Shown here piece after piece: positions 1 through 11,500 of a DNA stretch of 64,000 nt. Location of the stretch: assembly GCA_964187785.1 (NCBI GenBank), contig OZ076409.1:78866001-78930000 (forward strand), read 5' to 3'. Numbering within the stretch: the first letter of the stretch is position 1; every line of letters starts with the position of its first letter. The position numbers and the translations under genes are program-made. The notes below the pieces were generated by a model. That model was given only the letters and a program-made list of their open reading frames with translations, did not search any database and had not been told where the DNA came from. This DNA is from Amphiscolops sp. MND2022. Lineage: Eukaryota.

Positions 1-154
1 CAGGTGTCAAACAGTGTTTTTGTTCTGAAACTCTCATGTCTCCAAAGCCATTTGTCCGTGGGAAACACCACATCTTTTAAATTTTGGGTTTCCGATAACT
101 TTAGAAAACATTATGCACTCATCGTTTGCTAGCGAAACATCTCGGACTACTAAC

Positions 155-418
155 ATTTTTCCACAGCCGATGTACATAACTGTTTCATCAGGATAAGAAG
201 TAATCTGCTTCTGGGCAATTTCTTTGCGTCTGCACTTCTGTTGCAAATCGCCTATCTGCTGGTCAGCCAAATTCACTCGGTTCTGAGTTTCAACTACTTT
301 CATTTGCAAATCATTGAAGGCCTGCGAGCAGAGAATCAAATTAATTCCATTTTTACATTTTCTTTACAAAATTTGATATCTCATCTTTTTTTACCTTTTT
401 CAATTCAGGGTCTGCCAT
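155..418 (-). CDS. PFDN1: Prefoldin subunit 1, coding exons 1 (418-395) and 2 (321-155); gene continues beyond window start
   Basis: Spliced translation MADPELKK|AFNDLQMKVVETQNRVNLADQQI...DETVMYIGCGKM resembles the PFDN1 N-terminus. GT-AG intron at 394-322, and a gttagt donor after 155. Confidence 0.88.
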
Positions 419-2218
419 TCCAGCTGAGCTCATTTTTCTCTGAAAAAATCATTTGTCTCATCCCGGTAAAATCCAATCGTTTCCATATTAACTTCTATGC
501 ACAGATGAAAACAAGCGCGTGTTCAAGAGATGCGCCCCGCTGACAATTTATTTTTGTTGAAATTTCACCGTAACTTCTACTGAAGAGGATTCCAACTTTT
601 TAAATGAAAAACTAACAGTTTTTTCTCATCTCCAGCAAACTTAAGGAAAAATTCAATTTTTCAGGAGCTAACCAATATTCGATTATTTTACTAGTTCTGT
701 GAAAAATTTGTTCGTCAATTCATGAAAATGTTATTGGACTAATTCGACAACTCGGCTCATTTATGATGGAAAAAATGAAAGAAAATAAGTTTTCTTTAAT
801 TCGATGTACGACCAGTAAGCTAAAATTAGAATTAAATCGAATTGATCAATATTTGGTGATTCTATTATCTATACAATATGGATAAGGACCACTAATAGAC
901 TAGAACGGAGGCAGGGCGACGTCAGTAAGGACGAGAGGGCTGAGATGATTAGCCTCAGCGCATGAACCCATCCTCCCAGACCACGTCAGGGTTCGCTGTG
1001 ATCTAGCATCTACCATTCAGTAAATATTCAGTAACTCTGGTATGAAAAAGTAGCGTAAAGAATAGCATCGTCAAGCAATGAGCAGACTTAGAGGGTGGCT
1101 TCAGAAGAAGGGGTCTAGCAAAAATTAGCAGGGGTGAAAAAAGGGTTGGATCAGGAGGCGGGACAGAGCAAGTTGATCTAAGTTTCATCACCGTAGTTTG
1201 GTTTCTATTTCAGTGATAAGTGCATCATTACACAATTATCAAGCTTCTCAAATTACTACCGTAAATATTTCTTCACTCAATATCAAATCATGAAAACAAT
1301 CAACGATGGACCTACGAAATTCATCAGATTCCAACCAAAATTCTCGTGAACAAAATTGATAGTTTCACGCAAAAGACGTTTGATGCCAATTCTTCTAACT
1401 GCTTTAAAGTAAAATTTGGATTAGGACTTGCTTCGGCCTGCAACCAAATTTAATATAGCTTTTTTACGGACTCGAGCGAAATATGAAAACAACATAAGTA
1501 CAAAATGAAAAATTCTCTAATACGCATTACTCGAGTATCATCAGCATACATTAAATACACCCTTGCTACGACTTTTCCAAGGATTTTTTGATAAGCATCT
1601 ACAAACACTTTCAATAACTTCCAATAAAAGAAAAACCAAACCAATTCCATTCAGAGAGGCCTTTAATCTAAGCAAGGATGCTAATATTGGCTGCCATATT
1701 CAATCCACATCATACTTGAAAATTTTGAGCAACAAGCTGGAAATATGTCAATAGGAAGAAAGAATACATGAGACAATATAATAGATTAGGGTAAAAGAGT
1801 TCAGTTGTAAAACTATGTTCCAGGCGTTCAAAGGTAGCACCGATTACATTCAGTAAACTGAAGAAGAAAACAATTCTTTTGGCACCTGGAAAGTCTTACT
1901 CAATTTACTTAATTTTTAAAATAAAGCGTCCAATTTCGGAATTTGATACTTCGTGCAAAAACCAATCAGCTGAATTCTTGTTCATCTCATTTCCAACAAC
2001 TTAGTACTTAGTTTGTCAAGAAGCTTGAATGAGCTAAGTGAAAGCCAAAAAAGTGGATGACAAATTGAGAAGGAAAACATACATATTCAAGTTTCATTCA
2101 CTTAATCCTTTCGGAACACATGAGGATCAGTAACAATAGCACATCAAAGAAGGGAACATGAGATGAGAATAGGTGACAAAGTGGGGGATTGTCAGCGGCG
2201 TCAAAAGCATTGGTGTCA

Positions 2219-2509
2219 TCATTGGATGAAGCAGTTCTTGCGATTGTCAGATGAGGAGCTCAGAAAAGAAACAGGGTTGGATTGAAACTCCGAAGGGTTT
2301 ATGATTGGCTGTTTCATCTCGACACTGGGCAGGAAACGGTCGAAGTTCATGTTGGTTAGCTCGTAGAACAGAAGGTACGTCGTGTCCAGGGGCACACTGC
2401 TGACTGGGACTTCCTTGCACGTGTTGTCATCGAAACAAAACCACTTCTGATTCAGGGGGTTGCGACACACCGACACGTAATGCCCGTTTGATAAATTACC
2501 AGAGTGACA
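2219..2509 (-). CDS. USP32: USP32 exon 21 (His box, CaaX, stop)
   Basis: [11 protein letters not shown]...WFCFDD...YLLFYE...CFIQ*. Confidence 0.95.
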   Translation of the reverse strand, partial: CHSGNLSNGHYVSVCRNPLNQKWFCFDDNTCKEVPVSSVPLDTTYLLFYELTNMNFDRFLPSVEMKQPIINPSEFQSNPVSFLSSSSDNRKNCFIQ

Positions 2510-5500
2510 CTAAAATATCGCTTGTTTCAAACGGAATGAGTGCTTAACATTCGATTTATTCCTTTATAAACGTCTTCAATGCAAAATTTGAGGATTAAAG
2601 AATAAAATTACTGGCAATGACAAGAATTTCAGGATGTCCAAATAAGAAACAATTATTTTCTCATATTTTTCGATTAGATGGTCGCATTTGATCACGTTAG
2701 GTAATTGTAAATTGCGATTTGTAATTCAGTTTGTCAGCGAAAACTTTTTGATTGTGTGTGCATCAATCGAAGACATACCGAGATAAAATCTTTACTTTAG
2801 GAATTGTCGATTGGCACTGAACTGTAAATCAAGTCACCAGGAAGTTCTTTTTCATAAGCCAAACCCTCAGCATAATTCATTGTTGGTTCAACGACAAATA
2901 TTTCAATATCAACTCAATTAGATTGGGGAAAGTTCAATGAAACAAGTTGCGAAGTCACTTACAAAACGCGGCTTGTATACCAACCCATGCGACACGAGAT
3001 ACCAAACTATAGATGAAATGTAGATGATTTAACCTAAATAGCCTAGCGGTACTTAAAAGCAGCCTTTTTTCAACTTCTAATCCGTTTTGCCAGTAGCCCA
3101 CATTCTCCAGCGCATATTTTATTCAACAATTTCTTGGTACCGTGTTTGGTCTGATGAACGGCACAAACATTAACAAAAGTGATTTTTTCGAAAGCTACGA
3201 AAAAATGGTTATACATTTCGAAAATTACATTTTTGGCAAAATCCAGTTTCTCAAACGTCCTTGGCTCATGAAGAAAAGCAACCAAATACCCACCCTTCCA
3301 CAACAAGACCTTGTGCAGTAAAACCAAATGGTATGCTGTTGATACAGCCCCGTACGTACCGAAAAAAAACTAAAATTCTGGAATGGGGCGCGCGGCGACA
3401 GGGGCTCACCTGACCAAAATGAAAGCCCAGTACTATGCCTTTCAAACGCGCTATAGTTCATTTAATGGTATGCGTAGTTGTGGAGATATTAATGATTGAA
3501 ACTTTTAAATCCAATTTTTCGAAATTGCAAAAACGCCCAGGTCAATTAGGCTTAACGTGAACTAACAGAGACACTGAATAGTTTGTAATTGAAGTACTCG
3601 TCCAATTCGAACTTCTCTGTCTCAGAAACAGTCATGTCTTCAGAACTACTTAGCTCGGATGATGAACAACCATTAGCCAGTGAACCGTTTCCGGCTACGT
3701 TCTCCGCTTCCGAAAAATTAGATACGTCGACTGGATGCATTCCTGAATTGATTCTGGCAAACTCTTTGTTCAGCTGATGCGCCCCACGAGAAACAAAAGG
3801 CAAAAGGTTGAGGTTTTCAAAAGGGAAATTGATTTTTCTGTGACACTTGATCCAACGTAAGGTTCCGTTCAACGTTGGCTGTTCGTAGCGTTTCAGGTGA
3901 ATGATAAGGGTGGGAGGCGCTCTCCAGATATGATGGCTTAAAGTGATTTTTGTGGACTTGCATTTGGGGCACGGACTGAAATCTGTAATGATTTGCTCTT
4001 TGACCAACAAACTAAGACAGTCGTCCAAACTCAAGTTCTGCTTCTGAGCTCTTTCACACTCAGCTACACTTTTGTGCTCTTGACACTCCTGAAAATTACG
4101 GAAGTATAAACAAACAAATACTGGGTAACTAGCATACAATTTCCGTCTAGTGACTTTTTCCGTCATGAACACTGACGATTACCGGGTAACTCGAAATAGG
4201 TCCTTGTGGGGCTCAGTGATGTTTCTGCGTTAAGCTACAATCACCAATAGGTGCAATGTTCGATAAATACATCTAAACTAACTCAATAACTATATACCAT
4301 ACTGTAATAAATGAAATGGACCTCTGATTGTAAAAAAAATTTAGACTCTATTAAAGGATAGCAAAATCAATCTTCTGAACGAAAAAGTACTTTCGAAAAC
4401 GGTTAAACTAAAAGTTTAATAATTTTTAATGTAGATTACAAACATTTTTGTTTGAAAATTCTGAGATCAAAATACAAAAACTTAGAAACTATGCATTTTA
4501 CAAATGATTTCGTTTCTAACTTTTACATTTAAATTTAGAAAGCCTTGAGAGTTGAAAAAAATAGATTTTAAAATCTTTCAGACACCTTTTCAACAAAAGT
4601 GTACACTGAGATAATTTTCACTGCAATATTTTGAAAAGAAACCTTGAACAGGGTACACCAGAAATTTGGCAAACCAAACCAATTTTTTCAATCAGGGGTC
4701 CAATTCATTTATTAGAGTACAATAGTGAAGAACTGAATTCTTGTTTGAAAGAAATAATTTGGTATAATAGGTTAAAGAAACAGGAGATTAATACACTGAA
4801 CTAAAACAGTGTAAGGATGAGTTAACTATTCGTATGGCTAGGTTGTATCATCAACGTTTACACATCAACTGTATCTATGTAAGTAGTTTACATGACTTCA
4901 TGAGAATGGCAGGTACTAGAATGTTCTTTTTAATGAAGTTATTCTTTTCATGCCATGCCACATTCCCCCTTCTTTGGACTTTTAAGGGAACCATTGTTGG
5001 GTTGGCATTTCTTTCTTTATCCGCGGGAAGGGCGGGAACGGAAATCGGCTCGGGGTGGTGAAGGTGTAGGCGTCTCCTAAATGTGAAAGGTTTTAAAAAC
5101 TATTCTACTCCGCCTAGCTTCACTACTCTTTGTGCAGACCTTATCCTTTCGGATCTTCGCGGCTCTGATTCAAATTTTATTTGATTTTTTCCAATATTAA
5201 TTTTTTGTTCCGCCCTAAGTTTACCTGCCGGTTCCTCTCCCGGCTCGGTAGTATCGTCAACCTCTTGACGGTGTATTGGCGTACCAGAGTGGTCGGGCTG
5301 TGGCGGATTGTTGGCCAGTTCGGTGCTACACCCGATCGGCGCTGTGAGTGTCGGTGTTTGGTCCCGTAATCTCTCCATCTCGCGTCCGATCTCGGCTCTT
5401 AGATTCGTCTCTTCCGGGTCTTCTTCGGTATCTGAGCTGTCTTCACCCAGGCTGGCGTCGGTTAGATTAAATCCACGGCTAGATGAATCGTATATAACCA

Positions 5501-8500
5501 CACGGTTATGTTTCTTCTTCGCGGGCATTGTTGGTAGGGCGTGGCTAGTGCTCGGTTCATTGTCGGCGGCGTTGTTGTTTGGGTCCTGGCGTTGGTGAGT
5601 CTCACATAGTTCGCCACTGCTGAACTTTCCACACTTTCTGCATCTGGTGATAGCTCTTCTCTGTTCATCAGTCTTTCTTGAAGTCTGAAATTTTAACGGT
5701 TTAGAAGCTAGTTTTTTGTGTATTACTCTTCCTTCAGAAGTAGTGATGGTGTGGTCGGTCTCTTTTACCGCTGTTAAAATTTTGTTTGTTTTAAAACCGC
5801 ATTTCATTTAGTTGGGTTTGTTCTCTTTTTCATAAAATTGATACTTTTCAAAATTCCGGCTTACCGAACGGTCTTTCTTCCGTGTATCGTTCAGCACCAG
5901 GTAGTCCACCATTTCCCCTTCGGAGTCGTTGATGGTGACTACTTGTAATTCTGTCAGCTGTGCTGAAATGTAATTGGTTAATGTTCTCTTCCAATTAGAT
6001 AGTAGACATTCTGGTTTACCAATTAAATTGATGAGCGCGGTACGTGGTTTTCTGCCTAAAGGCATTTGGAAAGGTGTCATGTTTAGTCTACTGTGTGGAG
6101 TTTGTCTAATTGTTTTGATTGCTAATTGGACACTGTCTTCGAATTTTAATCCGTCTGCCATGTTGGCTCTGGTCAATGACTTAATTGTCCGTATCATTCG
6201 CTCGACTAAGCCGGTACCGGTATGTAAATTCGGAGTGCATCTAATGGGTTTTATGTTTTCGCCGTTGCAGAATTTTTTGAATTCGTTGCTTTTGAAACAA
6301 CTGCCGTTATCGGTTCTAATACACTGTGGTGTTCCGTTATCCGTAAAATATTTAGTTGAAAATTTTAGGACGGTCCGAGTCTCCGTATTTTTGCACACTT
6401 GTGCGGTAGGCCATTTACTAAAACGGTCAACTGCCACCAATATGTATACATCGCCGCGCGTCTTTGATTTAATTGGACCGGCGAAATCCAATTGGATTTC
6501 CTGATTCGGTTCAGTTAAAATTTCTAGATTATTTTTCCCCGTTGACGGACTAAGCCGGTACCGGTATGTAAATTCGGAGTGCATCTAATGGGTTTTATGT
6601 TTTCGCCGTTGCAGAATTTTTTGAATTCGTTGCTTTTGAAACAACTGCCGTTATCGGTTCTAATACACTGTGGTGTTCCGTTATCCGTAAAATATTTAGT
6701 TGAAAATTTTAGGACGGTCCGAGTCTCCGTATTTTTGCACACTTGTGCGGTAGGCCATTTACTAAAACGGTCAACTGCCACCAATATGTATACATCGCCG
6801 CGCGTCTTTGATTTAATTGGACCGGCGAAATCCAATTGGATTTCCTGATTCGGTTCAGTTAAAATTTCTAGATTATTTTTCCCCGTTGACGGGATTTGTG
6901 TGATAATATTCTTACCTGCGGCTCTGCAGCTCGGACATGTCTCTGCTTTTTTCTGTATTTCCCGGTGCATGCCGGGCCACCAGAAGGCTTCAGCCAATTG
7001 GTCCATCTTGGCTGTGGAGGTATGTCCTTGATGCAGCATAGCAATGATGGTCGACCGCATGTTCTCGGGGATGACTATTTTGTCGTTGTAGAACAACAAT
7101 CCAAATCTAGTTGAAAGGTGTAGCCGGTGCGGGCGGTATGGGTAAAAAATGGTCTCCAACTGTTGTTTCTCAATTGCAGCTATCGTGTTTAAGATTTTGA
7201 CGTCACGGGCTGTCTCATCTACTAGCAGGGGTAAGTCTAGTGCGAAGTCCTTTTCTGCCTTCTTTATTACGTCAGCTGTCTTTTCGTTCTGTTCGGAGAC
7301 CAGAGTGTTCGTTTTTGCTGTTTGTTTGAGCCTGACCAAATTTACCGTCTCGTGCTTTCGGAACCTTCTCAGGGCGTTTGTTGGACACTTGTCTTGTTTA
7401 GCCCGGCTAGTTTGGCTCTCTCCGTCCGACTGGTTGTTGTTGATCCAGCACTCGTTGTTGTTTTGCTGGAACTTTTGCAGTGGTGTTGTTTCTAATGTCT
7501 CGCAGTAATGAAAGAATCGGTTGTATATCTCGATGTTTAACTCCGCGATTCGCTCGCGGCCCGCTTGGTTAGGTCGGTACTCTTGAATTCTTTCACTTTC
7601 TTTTCCCCTTCCCACGATTCGGGTTTTATCTGGCTTCAAAATGTGGTTTCTTTCGATCCACAAGCGTTTAGTTCCGGGGGAGTGACCCCTCTTTTTGTAG
7701 ATGAATTCCATGTGTATACCTTTTACTTTGTCCATTTTGCTGTTCGATGACGGTAAAGTTTTAAACGATTTCGGAACAATGCTGTTTGGTAACGGTGAGG
7801 CTTTAAGCAAATGAGTATTTTGATTTCGTTCGTGCGTGTTGTTCTCGCTTTGTGATTGCTCGAAATTTTCTTTCGTGACGTTTTGTTCGGTGAATCGCGT
7901 TATGCTTCCGCGCATGAATTCTAAGAGGCCGTATATTTGATTAATGACGAACTCCTCTTCGGCTTCCGCTTCGTTTTATCCGTCCGCTTTGTTTTCTAGC
8001 TCGGTAACTTCGGTCGGTACGATCGGATGGCGGCTCAAATAGTCCGTCAACGGAATGTTTTTGCCGGCCGTGTATTGGACATTAACATCAAAATGGCTAT
8101 CTATCCAACCAACGTGTTAATCTTGCACTATATTGTTTATGTGCGCGGTTCTTTTTTAGTAACGGTTGAAGCGCTTGGTGGTCTGTTAAAAGGTTTACTC
8201 TTTTTCCGTATACAAAATACCTGAAGTATTCTAACCCCCATAATGCCCCCAGTAGTTCCAATTCGTTTATCGCATATTTCTTTTCACAATCAGTTAGAAA
8301 TCTACTCGCAAAGGCAAAGGGTCTAAAAATTTCACATTCTTTTTGCTACAAGGTTGCGCCTAGTCCAGTATTACACGCGTCTGTGGTGATGTAGTTCTCC
8401 CTTTTTGGGTCGAAGTGGGCTAGACATGGGGCTTCCGTGATTTCCTTCTTCAAGTTCTTGAAATCCTCGTCTATCTCCGGTGTCCAGTCCCATTTAACGT

Positions 8501-11500
8501 CTTTCTTCAAAAGTTTTCTCATTCTGTCGGTTTTTTTTCGATAAATTGTTGATGAACTTCGACAGATGTTGTATTGATCCCAGGAAGGATTTCAATTCTT
8601 TTACATTTTTCGGTGCTTCTAGCTTGGTTATCGCTTGTTTTGTCTTTAATTGGTTTGACACCGTTCTGATTAATGTAGTAGCCGAGCCAGGTTAGCTCTT
8701 TCTTGAACAGTTCCGTTTTCTTTCCGCTGGCCCGACATCCGGCGTTCTGCAGTTTTGTAAGATCTTCTCGTAACTCTTTTTCGTGGTCTTCGATACTACC
8801 ATTTGTCACGCATATAATATCATCCAACCAAACCGGTGTTTTGAATTCTAACACGGCGTCGATGAGTTCTTGAAACACCGTAGGAAGGTCCGATAGGCCG
8901 TAAAAACCCTTTTTAAAACGGTAATGTCCGGTAAAATCTCCTCCGATGATGGAGAATACACAGTATTTGGCGGCTTCTTTTGATAGTTTTGCCTGGCCGT
9001 ATGCGTAATCCAAGTCAATCTTTGACATCCAAATTTCCCCATCGCCTTTGGCAATTTTGGCGGAAATTTTGCTGATTAGCTCTTCCATGTTCGGCATCGC
9101 GGCTTTTCTTTTTATACACGCTTCGTTTAATTTTCTTGAATCCAGTGCTATTTTGACAGACTTGTCTTTTTTGATAGTAATGACTGCAGGCGATATAAAG
9201 CAATTTTCGGTTGTTTTGTCAGCTTTTTCTAGGTGTCCTTTCCCAATTAATTTCTCTAGTTCTTCGCGAACAATTTTTTGAAAGTGAATGGGGACCGGCC
9301 GTCCCTTCTGTTGTATAGGCTTGACATCTTTTTTCAGCTGCATATCGATGGTAAGATCTTTGATAGTGTGGTTGTTTTTGAATAGATCTTCGTGTTCATC
9401 AATAATTTTCTTTCTTCTTTCTTCTTCCACGTAACGGATGACATTTGTTTTCTTGCTGCCCTGTAATCCAATTTCTAGTTTATCAAGCCAGTCTGGGCCC
9501 AATAGTGGTTTGGTGTTTTTTTCCTGTTACGAGAATTGGTAATATCTCTTTGCTTTTTTCTGTTTTCACTTCGACCATCGCTTCACCCTTGAATTTTATT
9601 GGGTTCTTGTTTACATCTACAAAAGTTTTTGTTGTCTTCTTCATCTCGACTGGATTAATTATCGGCGGGATAAGTGTCACCGGTGAGCCAGTGTCAATGA
9701 ATTCTATTGGCTGCCCGTGGACCAATAGGATTGTTTTGTAAAAGTCCACTCGGTTAATACCGTTGACGGATTGAATATGATCAATTTCCGGCCATGGCTC
9801 GGTATTACTATCCGACGTTACTGCTTCGGTTACCCGGCTGACGGTCTTGGATTTGCAAACTTTGGCGAAGTGTCCCATCTTTTTGCAGTTGTTGCCTTGA
9901 GCTCTCCGTGCTGGGCAAATATGTTCCATGGACCCGTTTGGTTTCCCGCAGAAGCGGCAATTTCTGTTTGAAATTTTTCTTCCTTAGTTGAATTGTGTTT
10001 TTCGCTTCCGTGTTTGGTTTGTATGACCGATCAGTTCGGAGCTTGTTGAACTACTTGTGGAGTCTTTTCTGGCCTTCTTGATCTTGGGTTTCTTGTCTCC
10101 GTATTTTTGGTTGTAGTTGTCATGTTCTATGGTTTCCAATACCAATTGTATTTTCAGGGGGCCTTTTATGAATTTATCACGGGCTCTTTTGTCCTTAATG
10201 GTGGCTGCGAAAAAGTATGTGATAAATTCTTCCGCTGTGATATTGCTGAAGTCACATTTTCTTTCAATGTCCACAAGTCTTTTCCAATATTCATCCAAGG
10301 TTTCGTTGTCATCTTGTTTCATATTGAAGGAATACATCCTACTGTGGAATACATTTCTCGCTGGAAAAGTTTTCTTGAATAATGTCAATAGTTCTGGTAA
10401 TATGACATCTTTTAGCTCTCGACCCCATTGACCTCTCATAATTTCGTGTTTGGCCTTTGGGCCCAATGCCCAAATGACGTTACCCTTTATGTGGTACACC
10501 GTGTGTGGGTTCATGTATTCAATTCCCTCGTCGATAATTTCATCGAGGTTTCGGTTGTATGTCAGGTGAATATACTCCGATATTTGCTCCCACCACATCT
10601 CGGGGTTGGTCTTTGTGAGATCGGTCTCCCTGTCCGACAGGATCGGAATTTTGTACTTACTTTTCTCCCCTCTTTCGGATGTTGTTTGATTGTTCTTGTT
10701 GACTGTTCCGATGACATCGGTCCACCCTCCGTTGAATTGGGGTCAGTGTTGTTGTTTTCCATGATTTTTTTTCTGTTCAAATTGCTGACTGCGCCATATA
10801 ATAGGTTAAAGAAACAGGAGATTAATACAATGAACTAAAACAATGTAAGGATGAGTTAACTATTCGTATGGCTAGGTTGTATCATCAACGTTTACACATC
10901 AACTGTATCTATGTAAGTAGTTTACATGACTTCATGAGAATGGCAGGTACTAGAGTGTTCTTTTTAATGAAGTTATCCTTTTCATGCCATGTCACATTTG
11001 GACTGCATATAAACAAAGCTAGCATTGAACATGGTTGGTGATTTGTTTCAATCTCTATTTTCTCATGAAGTTAAGAGTCTGGAAAAACAACGTGAATGTA
11101 TAAGATAATGGGTGCGGTGCAATCGCTTTAATTAGCAGATTCTCCCGATATTATTTTTATCGTTGCAAAATCTCAAACCCAGAACAATCACAATCTTTGC
11201 GAAAAATAGCTGTCTCACGCATTAAGATAGTAAATGAAATAGAAAACCCTTATCAAAAACTATATAATAGTTATATTGATGTAAAGCAGTTGAATGTCTT
11301 CAGGAAATGAAGTACCTCCCAAATAAACAAACGTTACAAATTAGGTGCCAAATGTTACAAAATTGTCTAAAATACTGTCATATATGCCAATTCAGTAGTA
11401 AATAATCAACGAAAAATGAAATTAGGATTTTTTCATCATTTACAAACCTACATTTCAAGTGCCCAACCAAACTTTACAATGTTTGTTCATTTAACTTCCA

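Larger units (their letters stand above)
4763..10996 (-). mobile_element. Full-length Ty3/Gypsy LTR retrotransposon (Mag-like), decayed
   Basis: Two 200-bp LTRs, 5-bp TSD TTTGG (4758-4762, 10997-11001), PBS TGGCGCAGTC next to the 5' LTR, PPT AAAGAAGGGGGAA, domain order gag-PR-RT-RH-INT. Confidence 0.96.

Noticed and set aside
1010..1200. Telomerase RNA, U3, U4, U11 or SL RNA
   Set aside because: Only isolated motif similarities are present (CCAACCCT, AATTTTTG, GAAGCC). The required pseudoknot partner, 5' boxes or donor site are not visible.
5181..10838. Plus-strand ORFs within the Gypsy element
   Set aside because: They are antisense shadows of gag-pol with no independent coding signal.
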